From a virus (Duplodnaviria > Caudoviricetes): DNA of 59,220 bases. The stretch is taken from positions 1 to 59,220 of the IMG/VR virus record IMGVR_UViG_3300034012_001519. One strand, given 5' to 3'. The notes below the pieces were generated by a model, which worked only from the letters and a program-made list of their open reading frames with translations, searched no databases and was not told the DNA's origin. Below are positions 34,472-44,662 of the stretch, in pieces (positions within the stretch are counted from its first letter, which is position 1; every line of letters begins with the position of its first letter). A program made the translations under genes and the position numbers.

Positions 34472-36466
34472 ATGTCTGACGAAAACCCTCTGCGCCCGAT
34501 AGCCAAGCGCTGGCTGGAGTGCATCAAGCAGGGAGAGAAGCACAAGAAGGTCTTTTCGGACGATGCCAAGGAGGCCATGGGCTTCTACTCGTCCGACCCG
34601 AACGCCATGTGGGCCAACGAGCATGCGCGTGGCGAGCGGGGCTACAACAAGGGCATTGACCCGCCGCCGTTCCGGATGGTTGTGAACCGTGTTTTTGAGG
34701 CCGTCACGCTCTTCGGCTCGGTCATCCACCACCGGAACCCCCAGCGGACTGTGACGGCCAAGGAGTACCCGGTCATCGGGCCGGCGCTCCTGGGCGTGCA
34801 GCCGCAGCCTCCCGTGCCGCAGATGGGCCCTGATGGCCAGCCGATCATCGGCCCAGACGGCCAGCCGGTGATGATGCCGGACCCGATGATGATGGCCTAC
34901 CAGCAGGCCGTTGAGCAGCAGGGCATGCTGTATGAGCGGCGCAAGCTCATCGCCAGGCTGCTGGAAGACTACCTGAACTACACGCCCAATGAACTGGATC
35001 TCAAGCGGCACACCCGCAAGGTGGTCGATGAGGCGTTCATCAAGGGCGCGGGCGTGTGGTGGCATGAGCTGTACCAGCCGCCCGGCTCGGCAGTCAGGTT
35101 TGCCGGATCCTTCTACGATTCCATCGACAACCTTGTCTGGGATCCGGATGCTGATGAGTTTGAGGATATCCGCTGGGTTGCCCGTAAGCGGATCCAGCCC
35201 ATCGATGAGGTGTCCGCCAAGTTCGGCTTGTCCCGAGAGGACATGAAGGGGCACATCGAATCCTACTCTTCCCGCGCCGACCAGGGCGACCGCGGCTACG
35301 AACACAAGAAGCGTACGGGCAAGACCAACGACCTCATCTGCTACTGGGAGATTTACTCCAAGACCGGCTTTGGGGATCGGCTGAAGGACGCCGAGAAGGA
35401 CTTGCGTGGCAAGTTCGATGCTCTTGGCCCCAACTGCTACATCGTTGTGGCCGAAGGCGTGGACTTTCCGCTCAACGCTCCGCCGGCCATGTTGCAGGAA
35501 GAGGTGGACGAGTCGGGTGTCCCGCAGTCCATGTTCATGTCATGCCAGTGGCCGATCCCGTTCTGGGCCGAGCCGAACGGCTGGCCGTTCACGCTTCTGG
35601 ATTGGCATCGCCAGCCTGGATACTCCTGGCCGATCAGTCTGATCAAACCTGGCATCGGAGAGCTTCGCTTCATCAACTGGGCGATGTCCTTCCTAGCGAC
35701 CAGGATCGCCACTTCCTCCCAGACGCTCATCGGTGTGGCGAAGGCCGCGGACCCAGATATCAAATCGAAGATCCTGGAGAAGAGCGAAGGCGGCTTTAAC
35801 ATCGTTGAAATCTCCGAAGCCGTGGGACGCTCGGTGAACGATGTGATCTCGGTCTTCCAGATGCCTGGTGTCACCCAGGACATGTACAACATCATCCAGG
35901 CCGTTACGGAGATGTTCGACCGCCGCGTCGGGTTGACCGAGCTCATTTACGGTATGACCAGATCAGCCTTCAGAAGTGCAGCAGAAGCTGCCGTGAAGAG
36001 CGAGCAGATTTCGGTCAGGCCCGACGATTACGCCAATACGTTGGAGGACCGTCTGTCGGAGGTCGCCCGCAAAGAGGCCCTCATGGCCCGCTGGCTGATC
36101 TACCCGCAGGATGTCGAACCGCTCCTCGGCCCTTTGGCGGCGCAAGCCTGGGGCATGCACGTTCAGAACGAAGCCCCCGACAACATAGTCAGGGAATATT
36201 CGTACCGCGTGGAGGCCGGCTCGGCACGCAAGCCGAACATCGCCACCAAGACAGAGAACCTGAACACCTTCATGCAGATCATCGCCCCCGTCTCCCAGGG
36301 GCTGATGCAGTCCGGCAGGCCGGAAATCTTCAACGCCATGCTCACCACCTGGGGCAAGGTCAACCAGATGGACGTTGCGGAGTTCCTTGTCCCGCCGCCG
36401 CCTCCCCCGCCCCCAGGCCCGCCTCCAGGCCCAGAAGCACCTCCCGAAGCCCCTCCAGCCCAATAG
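34472..36466 (+). CDS. Portal protein
   Basis: 664 aa after terL; WDPDA...WVA, RSAAEA, YRVEAGS motifs typical of P22-like portals. Confidence 0.8.
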   Translation: MSDENPLRPIAKRWLECIKQGEKHKKVFSDDAKEAMGFYSSDPNAMWANEHARGERGYNKGIDPPPFRMVVNRVFEAVTLFGSVIHHRNPQRTVTAKEYPVIGPALLGVQPQPPVPQMGPDGQPIIGPDGQPVMMPDPMMMAYQQAVEQQGMLYERRKLIARLLEDYLNYTPNELDLKRHTRKVVDEAFIKGAGVWWHELYQPPGSAVRFAGSFYDSIDNLVWDPDADEFEDIRWVARKRIQPIDEVSAKFGLSREDMKGHIESYSSRADQGDRGYEHKKRTGKTNDLICYWEIYSKTGFGDRLKDAEKDLRGKFDALGPNCYIVVAEGVDFPLNAPPAMLQEEVDESGVPQSMFMSCQWPIPFWAEPNGWPFTLLDWHRQPGYSWPISLIKPGIGELRFINWAMSFLATRIATSSQTLIGVAKAADPDIKSKILEKSEGGFNIVEISEAVGRSVNDVISVFQMPGVTQDMYNIIQAVTEMFDRRVGLTELIYGMTRSAFRSAAEAAVKSEQISVRPDDYANTLEDRLSEVARKEALMARWLIYPQDVEPLLGPLAAQAWGMHVQNEAPDNIVREYSYRVEAGSARKPNIATKTENLNTFMQIIAPVSQGLMQSGRPEIFNAMLTTWGKVNQMDVAEFLVPPPPPPPPGPPPGPEAPPEAPPAQ

Positions 36467-36472
36467 TCCTAT

Positions 36473-37003
36473 ATGGTCCCCAAATCCATTCTTGACCGCG
36501 GCCGAGACGCTGTCGCTACCTACGAAGCCGCCCTGCCCTACGGCGAACGCTGGGCGGAGATGTGCGCCCTCCAATGCCCTCCCGGCACCAAGGGCACGGA
36601 GAGGGCTTTCCTGGAAGGCCGGCAGAACAACGAGCAGTTCGACAGCCTGCCAAAGCTCCAGGCCAAGTACATGATCCGTGAGGCCAAGCAGGCCGGGATC
36701 AACCCCTCGGGCAAGTATTACTGCGCGGGCATTGCCGACAAGCGTGGCTGGCGTGATCCGGCCGCCTGGGTCAGCAGCAACGACGATGTGCTGAAGGTGG
36801 CCAAGGCCCGTCGCATGGCCGTCTCAGGCAGCGTGAACTACGACCCCGGCCCTGCCCCTCCGCAGCGCACCGTCTTGGCGGAGTCGATCATTCAGGACGC
36901 CGTCCGCAAAGAGAAGCGAAAGAACCCATCGGCCAGGGCGAGCGAGCTGCGGGCCAAGGTCATTGAGAAGCATGCATACCGAGCGAAAGGACGAGGAGTA
37001 TGA
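36473..37003 (+). CDS. Hypothetical protein
   Basis: ORF in the structural operon. Confidence 0.65.
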   Translation: MVPKSILDRGRDAVATYEAALPYGERWAEMCALQCPPGTKGTERAFLEGRQNNEQFDSLPKLQAKYMIREAKQAGINPSGKYYCAGIADKRGWRDPAAWVSSNDDVLKVAKARRMAVSGSVNYDPGPAPPQRTVLAESIIQDAVRKEKRKNPSARASELRAKVIEKHAYRAKGRGV

Positions 37004-37329
37004 ACGAGATTGCCAGGCACTTTAGCCCCGGGTCCGTGATCACGGCCAACAGTTCGGCCGCGACCACCTCGGGTCAGTTCCCGTTTGGCCGGTTTGGCGG
37101 GGCGTGCGTGATGATTGCCAACACCAACGGCGCCACGCAGATCAACTGGTTCGGGACCGTCGATCCTGGCGTGACTCCACGCCAGATTTACGCAGATGGC
37201 TCGGCCCTGTCTACGGCGTTGACGGTCGGCATCCATCCCGTTCCGGACGCCTGCTTCGCCGTCAATCATGTGGTGCCAGTGGTTGTGGGTGCGACCACCT
37301 GCGCCATGACCGTGATGGCCAAGGGGTAG
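37000..37329 (+). CDS. Putative structural protein
   Basis: Beta-rich, small-residue composition; coupled. Confidence 0.6.
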   Translation: MNEIARHFSPGSVITANSSAATTSGQFPFGRFGGACVMIANTNGATQINWFGTVDPGVTPRQIYADGSALSTALTVGIHPVPDACFAVNHVVPVVVGATTCAMTVMAKG

Positions 37330-37333
37330 TCGC

Positions 37334-38200
37334 ATGCCGATGAACCCTCGCTTGTTGCGACCGCTGGCGAAGGCCAGAACTCTGTACTTCAACGGCGCGG
37401 TCGACAGCAACTGGAACACGCTCGGCAACTGGTGGACGAGCGGTGCGTTTACCACTCAGGCAACTACCCTGCCAACCAGCAGCGATAGTGTTGTTCTCAG
37501 TGCAACGTGCGAAACTAACAGCGGCAGTGCGCCGACCGTTGTGAATCTGACGTGCAATGACCCTAATAACGACGGATTAGGGATCAATATTGCAATCACT
37601 GTCACCGGCAACGCGACGTTTAACGACATTTCGTTCAACTACGGCACCGTCACCGGCAACGCGACGTTTAACGACAGTTCGTTCAACGGCGCCACCGTCA
37701 CCGGCAACGCGACGTTCAACGACAATTCGGCCAACTACTACGGCGACAACCTCGCCACCGTCACCGGCAACGCGACGTTTAACGACAATTCGTTCAACTA
37801 CGGCACCGTCACCGGCAACGCCACGTTTAATGACGGTTCGTACAACAACGGCACCGTCACCGGCAACGCGACGTTCAACAACATTTCGTACAACTACTAC
37901 GGCACCGTCACCGGAGACGCGACGTTCAATGGCAGTTCGTACAACGGCAGCGACAGCATCGTCGGCGGAGACGCGACGTTCAACAACAGTTCGGTCAACG
38001 CTGCCACCGTCACCGGCAACGCGACGTTCAATGGCAGTTCGTTTAACGACTACGGCAGCGTCACCGGAGACGCGACTTTCAACGACGGTTCGATCAACTT
38101 TGGCGACGTCGGCGGCACGGCCACCTTCACTGGCTCGGCCTGCAACGATGGCGGCACGGCTGGAGAGTTCGTCCCCAACCCACCGCCGTCTTGCCCATAG
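37334..38200 (+). CDS. Beta-solenoid repeat protein; putative receptor-binding/fibre protein
   Basis: MPMNPRLLRP N-terminus; ten 16-21-aa VTGNATFNxxSxNxxT repeats. Confidence 0.75.
   Translation: MPMNPRLLRPLAKARTLYFNGAVDSNWNTLGNWWTSGAFTTQATTLPTSSDSVVLSATCETNSGSAPTVVNLTCNDPNNDGLGINIAITVTGNATFNDISFNYGTVTGNATFNDSSFNGATVTGNATFNDNSANYYGDNLATVTGNATFNDNSFNYGTVTGNATFNDGSYNNGTVTGNATFNNISYNYYGTVTGDATFNGSSYNGSDSIVGGDATFNNSSVNAATVTGNATFNGSSFNDYGSVTGDATFNDGSINFGDVGGTATFTGSACNDGGTAGEFVPNPPPSCP
37601..38128 (+). repeat. Coding tandem repeat: 48-bp unit with in-frame loop insertions, 10 full copies plus 1 partial
   Basis: Units start at 37601, 37649, 37697, 37760, 37808, 37856, 37907, 37961, 38009, 38060 and 38108. 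Confidence 0.95.
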
Positions 38201-38211
38201 GAGATATCACA

Positions 38212-38520
38212 ATGCAACTTCCGCAGCCCATCACCATCCAGCCGCCGACCTACACTCGCAGCAATGGCGAGGTGCGAATCCAAAAGCCGATTACGGTATC
38301 GGAACTGGACATCACCGTCATCGACAACAGCAAGCGGAAGTCTTGCGTGGCGAGGATTCGACCTTGCCCGCAGCCGGTGGCGCTCTGGAGCGAGGGAGCA
38401 TACGACACGGCTGGCGACTACACGCAGGCACAGGTTGAAGCCCGCGTGCTGGAGTTGCTGGGGAGTGATGTGAAGGCGGGGCTGGAGGCTCTGTTTGTCA
38501 GGCCGCAGCCGGTGCGGTGA
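38212..38520 (+). CDS. Conserved phage protein (LW.G.AYD.AGDYTQ), possible fibre chaperone
   Basis: AGGAG SD; follows the repeat protein. Confidence 0.6.
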   Translation: MQLPQPITIQPPTYTRSNGEVRIQKPITVSELDITVIDNSKRKSCVARIRPCPQPVALWSEGAYDTAGDYTQAQVEARVLELLGSDVKAGLEALFVRPQPVR

Positions 38521-38542
38521 AGTTCCGGTGGAGGGGGAGTAA

Positions 38543-39682
38543 GTGGGCTACAGCACGTACTACGACCTAGTCGAATCCCTGATCGTCTCCTCCTACGGCG
38601 GGCCGCAGGATGCCGAGCAGCGCGACATCCGCTCCGCCATTCACCGGGCGTACAACGAGCTGACAACGATCCGGGACTGGGGCTACTACTCCGTTCACGG
38701 ACGCATTGTCACCAACCCGGCATATACCACCGGGACCATCGGAGTGACCTCCGGGGCCGTGACGCTCACTGGCGGGTCTTTTGCAACGGCCGGCGTGACG
38801 GCGGCGAACGCCAAGCACTGGACGATCAGAACGGGCGACCGCTCGTATCCCCTAGCCTCCTATTCCAGCGCCACGGCGGTCACGCTGGAGTCGGCCTTCT
38901 CTGGAATCGATGTGGCCCCCGGGTCACCATTCACCCTGTTCCGCACTATCTACCCGCTGCCGTCCGACTTCAAAAACATGGACGAGCCCAGCGACGAGTT
39001 CAACTGGTGGAGCGGCTTGTATGTGACCCCCGATGAGGCGATGAAGATCGAACGGGTGAGCAACTCGTCGGGCGAGCCCTACCACTGGACGCTGATCAAA
39101 GATCCCCACGGTGCGAGCTGGGCGATCAAGTTGGTGGGCTGGCCGACTGCCAAGGAAACCATCGACTTCACCTACCGGCGTACTGCCAGGCCGATTCGCT
39201 ATTCCGGCCATGAGGCAGCCCTGCGGCAGGGGACGATCAGCCGCAGCACCACCACCGTCACCGGAACGGGAACGGCCTTCTCGTCTGCGATGGTGGGTTC
39301 GATCCTGCGAGTGGGCGATGTCACCAACATCCCGGGGCCGATTGAGTCGCTGACGCCGTGGGTGTCGGAGAGCCGCATTGCCACCGTGGGATCATCCACG
39401 GCCCTGACTACCGAGGACTCTGGGACGGTATCGGGTTCGACCAAATACCTGATCACCGATCCGATGGATGTGGCCCCGCACATGCAGGCCGCCCTGGATA
39501 GCTGCTGCGACTACTGGCTGGCCCGCATCCGCGGACAGGCGGTGGACAAGGCATTCCAGATGTACCAAAGGGATCTCAGGTTGGCGATGGAGCAGGACCA
39601 GCTCGCTCCGCTCAGTGGTCGCAGCCGACAGATTTACCATTATGGGGGCTGGCGTAGCCCGCTCATGCCAGACCAGGGATGA
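38543..39682 (+). CDS. Head-tail adaptor/tail tubular protein A-like
   Basis: AIHRAY.EL...DW, YPLPSDF, G.P.., FTYRR motifs. Confidence 0.65.
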   Translation: MGYSTYYDLVESLIVSSYGGPQDAEQRDIRSAIHRAYNELTTIRDWGYYSVHGRIVTNPAYTTGTIGVTSGAVTLTGGSFATAGVTAANAKHWTIRTGDRSYPLASYSSATAVTLESAFSGIDVAPGSPFTLFRTIYPLPSDFKNMDEPSDEFNWWSGLYVTPDEAMKIERVSNSSGEPYHWTLIKDPHGASWAIKLVGWPTAKETIDFTYRRTARPIRYSGHEAALRQGTISRSTTTVTGTGTAFSSAMVGSILRVGDVTNIPGPIESLTPWVSESRIATVGSSTALTTEDSGTVSGSTKYLITDPMDVAPHMQAALDSCCDYWLARIRGQAVDKAFQMYQRDLRLAMEQDQLAPLSGRSRQIYHYGGWRSPLMPDQG

Positions 39683-39948
39683 TCGTTATCGACTCATGGA
39701 AGGGACTGGTCACTAACGCCAGCCCCTACTCCGTGCCTGCGACTGCGGCGGCCACGCAGGTCAATCTGCAAGCCCTGGTGCCGGGGTCTGTCGTTGTCCG
39801 CAGCGGCATGACCAACGTGTCGTTCGCCACGCACACCGGCTCCACCACAGCCGTTGTGCAGATGTTTCACTTTCAGCACAGCACCACAGGCCACTTGGTC
39901 TATCAGAACGCCGCAGGCGGGATCTATGTTGCCAAGGGGGCGGTCTAA
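39679..39948 (+). CDS. Small tail protein resembling a split-off N-terminus of the tail tubular B/stabilisation protein
   Basis: W.GLVTNASP......A....NL....G....R.G motif. Confidence 0.45.
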   Translation: MIVIDSWKGLVTNASPYSVPATAAATQVNLQALVPGSVVVRSGMTNVSFATHTGSTTAVVQMFHFQHSTTGHLVYQNAAGGIYVAKGAV

Positions 39949-42572
39949 TGCAGCTTGGCTCTGGGGTGGTCAAGGTGACGGTGGGCACTGGTGGCAGCGG
40001 CTACGGCTCTGCGCCGTCCGTGACCATCTCCGGTGGCGGCGGGACTGGCGCGGCGGCAGTCGCTCAGATGGCCGGCACCATGGTCCAGAGCGTGATCATC
40101 ACCAACGCCGGAACGGGATACACCTCGGCCCCGGCCGTGTCGTTTTCGTCTGGCGCCGCAGCAGCCACCGCTAGCGTCCTGTCGTTTGCCGGCACCAAGC
40201 CCGTGACGTTCTTCAAAGGCCGGCATGACATGTACGGCGTGGACGGCCACGGCCGTGGGTTCCGCTGGGACGGTGAGACTCCCTACCTGGAACCGTTGGG
40301 TATCTCCAAGCCGGCGAGCTTTGCGGCCCCTGTCGGATCGACCTCGGGCCAGAAGTATTACGTTGCCGAAGTGCAGGTCATCGACCGCGGCAATGGCTAC
40401 GCGAGCGTCCCGGGGGCCGCGTTTACTGGCGGCGGGGCGACAACGTCAGCGGCGGCAGTGGTGACGGTCGCCAACGGCAGGGTCAGCGGCGTGCGGCTAA
40501 CCGACCGCGGTACTGGATACACGGCCGCCCCGCAGGTGTCTTTTGTCGGCGGGCAGGGCAGCAGTGCTGCGTTTACCTGCAACGTCCAAGGGAGCCTTGT
40601 GGGCCTGGAGTTCCTCTCTGTCGGATCTGGCTACACCGGCACACCCGTGGCCGCGTTCTACAACACCCAGGGACTGACGGGCGCCAATGTGGTGATCGGC
40701 GTTGACACCGACGAGGGAGTGGTTGTCGGGTCCGATGTGCTATCTGGAGGTACGGGTGCTACGGCCACCGGAATGACGGTAGCGCTGTTTGGTGGCGGCG
40801 CCGTCACGCAGGCCGAGGCATCACCCGTCCTGGAGTATTCCGTTCACTCCGTGTCGGTGGCGAACTCTGGCACGGGATACATGTCTCCGCCAGTCATCAC
40901 GTTCTACCCTGATCCGCAGGACTACCTGGGTGGCGGTGCCGCAGCGACCTGCTCCATCAACTCCTCCGGGCAGATCACTGGCGTGACGGTGTTGGCTGGA
41001 GGTCGATACTCACTCCCGCCCACGGCCGCCATCGCTGACACCAGTGCCAAGGCCCTGGCAGTGGTCGCCCCTACTATCAAAGGGATCTATCAGTGCTGCA
41101 TCCGCTACCTGGATGACACGCCCGAGTCCCAGGGCGGCCCGATCCCCAGCTCCATCTCCGAGCTGAAGGAGATCGACGCCACCAATGGACTCCAGTCGCT
41201 GACCTGGTCGCTCAACAACCATGGCATGGAAAGCCGGGTGCATGCGATTGAACTGTGGCGGACTACCGCAGACCAGGCGGTGGTGCTGTATCGGGTGGCC
41301 AGGATCGACAAGGTAGACGGCGTTTTCACCACCACCTCCTATGTAGACACCCTGACAGACCTGGACCTGCTGGACACCGACCGCAATACGGGTGCGTCCA
41401 ACGTCAGCAGCGTCTACGGCCTGATGCCGATTGTCCTTCCCAGTGGACAGGTCAACGCTCGTCGGTTCGATCCGCCTCCGCAGACCATGGCCGTTGGCTG
41501 CATGTTCCAGGACCGGGCCTGGTATGCCGTGGACACCACCGGCAGCAAGCCCAATAGCCTCTACTACTCCGAGGTGGACGAGCCCGAGTCGGTGCCCGAA
41601 TCCAACGAGCTGGTGGTGCAGGAGAACGCCATCGACTCCGATGCGATAGTGGCGTTGATTCCATTCGGCGGATCCATGCTGATCGCCCAGAACCGGCACG
41701 TATACCGCTTGCAGTATGTCAGCCAGCCGATCATCGATGCGTCGATCACGCTAGTCTCGTACCGTGGGGCGATGAACTCCCGGTGCTGGGATGTGTTCGG
41801 CGGCGTGGCTTTCATCGCTGATGACTATGGGGTCTACGCCTTCGACGGGTCGCAGGAACAGGCCATTTCGGCTCCCATCGACAACTACTGGCGTGACGGC
41901 ATCATCGACTTCACCAAGCGGAAATACTTCTACGTGAAGGCCAGCCCGCAGGAGCGGGTCATCCGGTTCTTTTACTGCCAGTCCACGGATGGGATCTATC
42001 CCAAGCGGGCGCTGTGCTACTCGCTGTCCACCCAGGCATGGTGGGAAGAGACGTTCCCACAGGCTATGTCCCATGCCGCGGCATCGGTGGCCGGTCAGCG
42101 GCAGACGGTGCTGTACGGCGGCGAGGCCGGCAAGATCCTTCAGCCTGGCGGGCGGGTAGATGCCACTACCTCCGGTAGCACTACCGCCGTGCCGTGGCTC
42201 TATCGCAGCTCGCCGCGTCCGTTGGTGGATGAGAAGGGCAACCGCTCTCTGGGCATTCTGTACACGCCGACGCCTGAGTCCATGGCGATTGGCCTGCACT
42301 ACAACAACTCCACCACCGCGCGCACCAATGCCGTGGCTGCCGACCGCGGGGATGGCGTGACTGTCGTTACCGGCTCGTCAGTCGCCACGCTGAACATGGC
42401 CTCCGACCGCAGCACGCTTGGCCAGGCCACGGGATACGCCCGCGTCAGCATGTCCGGCCGGGTGGACGAGATGAGCGCCGGTGGTGATCGGCATGTGGCG
42501 ATTGCCCTGTCTGGAACGCAGTCCACGGGCACCGTGCAGCTCCACTCCATGACCGTTGCGGGGGCAAGCTGA
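39948..42572 (+). CDS. Tail tubular protein B/stabilisation protein with N-terminal G-x-GY-T-x-x-P repeats
   Basis: GSGY..AP.V repeats; FQDRAW, LYYSEVDEPESVP beta-propeller-type motifs. Confidence 0.7.
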   Translation: MQLGSGVVKVTVGTGGSGYGSAPSVTISGGGGTGAAAVAQMAGTMVQSVIITNAGTGYTSAPAVSFSSGAAAATASVLSFAGTKPVTFFKGRHDMYGVDGHGRGFRWDGETPYLEPLGISKPASFAAPVGSTSGQKYYVAEVQVIDRGNGYASVPGAAFTGGGATTSAAAVVTVANGRVSGVRLTDRGTGYTAAPQVSFVGGQGSSAAFTCNVQGSLVGLEFLSVGSGYTGTPVAAFYNTQGLTGANVVIGVDTDEGVVVGSDVLSGGTGATATGMTVALFGGGAVTQAEASPVLEYSVHSVSVANSGTGYMSPPVITFYPDPQDYLGGGAAATCSINSSGQITGVTVLAGGRYSLPPTAAIADTSAKALAVVAPTIKGIYQCCIRYLDDTPESQGGPIPSSISELKEIDATNGLQSLTWSLNNHGMESRVHAIELWRTTADQAVVLYRVARIDKVDGVFTTTSYVDTLTDLDLLDTDRNTGASNVSSVYGLMPIVLPSGQVNARRFDPPPQTMAVGCMFQDRAWYAVDTTGSKPNSLYYSEVDEPESVPESNELVVQENAIDSDAIVALIPFGGSMLIAQNRHVYRLQYVSQPIIDASITLVSYRGAMNSRCWDVFGGVAFIADDYGVYAFDGSQEQAISAPIDNYWRDGIIDFTKRKYFYVKASPQERVIRFFYCQSTDGIYPKRALCYSLSTQAWWEETFPQAMSHAAASVAGQRQTVLYGGEAGKILQPGGRVDATTSGSTTAVPWLYRSSPRPLVDEKGNRSLGILYTPTPESMAIGLHYNNSTTARTNAVAADRGDGVTVVTGSSVATLNMASDRSTLGQATGYARVSMSGRVDEMSAGGDRHVAIALSGTQSTGTVQLHSMTVAGAS

Positions 42573-43324
42573 TGCTGACACGCGCGGCCCCAGCGTTTAA
42601 CAGGGCGATGCAGGGGCCAGTCAGTCCTGCCCAGCAGGCACTGACGCAATCCCTGTTCAACTGCACCCAGCCGATGGAGCATCGGGGGCCAGTGGCCTTC
42701 AGTAACGGCCTGGCTTCCCCTCCCGGTGGTCTTGTGCCAGCCGGCGGCTGGAACCCCAACGACTATCCCGACTTGTTTAAGCCGCAGGGGTTCGTTGAAG
42801 CCCCGAGCGGCGGCGGATACCAGGCCGGCGATTGGAACAGCACGTTCTACGGGTCGCCGTACTTCGATCTGCGGACGGTTCTTCAGCAGAGCCTGAATCA
42901 GTACTACACGGCTCCTGCGGTCACGGTTCAGGGTGACACCTACACCGAGAACCTGACCACCGAAAACCATGTCGCCAACAACATCACCGTCGAAACGATC
43001 AACGGTGAGCCGGCCCCAGGGACAGACGGGGCAGATGGTCCCGCTGGCCCGCAGGGGGCCCGGGGCTTGGATGGTATTCCTGGTTTCTTGCTAAACATCA
43101 ACAACATCACTCAGAGGGTAGACGCCGACCTGCGGCCCATCACCAACTGGCTCGTCAACCTGGACGGGCGAGTTCGGTTATTGGAGCGACAGATCCGGTC
43201 GCTCCGGGTTACGGGCTTGCCGCAAGGGAAGAAGATCCTGCGAAGGGCCATATTTAATGAGGAATTGTGCCGAGTAGACGAGAAGAAACTAGGGGTCAAC
43301 CTGAAGGTAGTCGTTCGGCCCTGA
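42572..43324 (+). CDS. Tail-associated protein with a short collagen-like stretch
   Basis: GTDGADGPAGPQGARGLDGIPG. Confidence 0.6.
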   Translation: MLTRAAPAFNRAMQGPVSPAQQALTQSLFNCTQPMEHRGPVAFSNGLASPPGGLVPAGGWNPNDYPDLFKPQGFVEAPSGGGYQAGDWNSTFYGSPYFDLRTVLQQSLNQYYTAPAVTVQGDTYTENLTTENHVANNITVETINGEPAPGTDGADGPAGPQGARGLDGIPGFLLNINNITQRVDADLRPITNWLVNLDGRVRLLERQIRSLRVTGLPQGKKILRRAIFNEELCRVDEKKLGVNLKVVVRP

Positions 43325-43352
43325 AACGGACATTAGTCAGTGAGGGAAATAC

Positions 43353-44339
43353 ATGTTTAACACCGCACAGCCGTATATGTCCTTTAACGACGGGGCCGCC
43401 GGCCAGAGGGCTCAAGCCCAGGCTGGCCTGCTGGGCGCGCTCTACTCGCAGCCTGGGCAGTTCGCCGGCGCGGCAGGGCAGGCGTTTGGCGGCATGGCAC
43501 AGGGACTGGGCAACGTCGCCGGTGCTATGGCCAACGAGCGAACCGGCTGGTACGGCGCCAATGCCATGGCAGAAGCGGCCCGTCAGAACGCCGCCTCCAA
43601 CATCGGGGCTGGGGCCCTCAGTGCGTTTGGTGGGGCCAGCAATAACGCCATGCAGGCGTGGGCTGCGAACCAAGCTGCGTACCAAAAGTCAGTGGCGGAC
43701 ATGCAGGCCGCCAATCAGATGGCCCGTTCGCAGTACGCCACTGGCCGCAACAACAACCTGGCTGCCCTGGCTGGGGCTGGAGTGCTGTCTGGCATGAACG
43801 CTCCGGGATCAGGGTTCTCTGCGACGGGCGTGTCGGGGCCCATTTCATCGGGCTCGTTTGGCGGTTCGTCTTCCCCGGGCGGATCCATGTCGTTCCTAAA
43901 CACGCTGCGGCGTGACATCCTGTCGGGCGACGGTGGCATCTCGTCGCAAGCGGACTCCGGACGGGAGCAGCTTGACAGTGCTTACTACAGCTCGCGGTAC
44001 GCCCCGCAGCAGATGCTCTCCCAGACTCTTGGTGGCCTGCACTCCCTCGCCGGCCAGGGGCTTGGTGCCTCGCAGATGGGCATGAACCAGTTCTACGCAA
44101 CGCAGAACAACCCAGCGAACCGTGCCCAGTTTGGTGGAGTGCTGAACCAACTGAACTCCGGGTACAGCGGTGCGTTGGGGCAGATGAACAAGTACGGCCA
44201 GATGATGCAGGGCGCCATGGGGAAGCTGCATGACGCCTTTGGGATCACTGGACCGCAGGCGCCGAGGAAGGCATGGCGGCCCGGTACGTCTCCTGACATT
44301 GTGCGAAGCGGACGGGGCTTCATTGGAGATATGGGCTAG
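43353..44339 (+). CDS. Gly/Ala/Gln-rich internal virion (ejection-type) protein
   Basis: Composition and position after tail genes; promoter motif at 43328. Confidence 0.6.
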   Translation: MFNTAQPYMSFNDGAAGQRAQAQAGLLGALYSQPGQFAGAAGQAFGGMAQGLGNVAGAMANERTGWYGANAMAEAARQNAASNIGAGALSAFGGASNNAMQAWAANQAAYQKSVADMQAANQMARSQYATGRNNNLAALAGAGVLSGMNAPGSGFSATGVSGPISSGSFGGSSSPGGSMSFLNTLRRDILSGDGGISSQADSGREQLDSAYYSSRYAPQQMLSQTLGGLHSLAGQGLGASQMGMNQFYATQNNPANRAQFGGVLNQLNSGYSGALGQMNKYGQMMQGAMGKLHDAFGITGPQAPRKAWRPGTSPDIVRSGRGFIGDMG

Positions 44340-44662
44340 TGATTTCGTACGACACCAGGCTTGCGTACCGCCCACCAATCTCTGATGAGATGCGTGCGGG
44401 TGCGTTGGCCGGCATGAAGAAGCAGTCGCCGGCTGGGTATGACCAGACGGCCAAGGACACCTACAACGCGGCGGCGAGCGTGCGAGCGGCCGATTACTCC
44501 CGCCAGGCCGATGACGCCAACATGCAGTACGGCGTGGCCCATCAGAAGGCCCAGCGAGGACTTGCCCTCCAGGGCTTGCAGCAGATGGCGGGCCTCCAGC
44601 AACTCCAGAACCAGTACCAGTCTTCTCTGGCTAGCAGTCTCCTTGGGGGGCTATTTCGATGA
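44339..44662 (+). CDS. Small internal virion-like protein
   Basis: Ala/Gln-rich; ends LLGGLFR. Confidence 0.55.
   Translation: MISYDTRLAYRPPISDEMRAGALAGMKKQSPAGYDQTAKDTYNAAASVRAADYSRQADDANMQYGVAHQKAQRGLALQGLQQMAGLQQLQNQYQSSLASSLLGGLFR

Noticed and set aside
37601-38128. CRISPR array
   Set aside because: The repeats are in-frame coding units with only short related variable segments, not unique 30-40-bp spacers; no cas genes are present.
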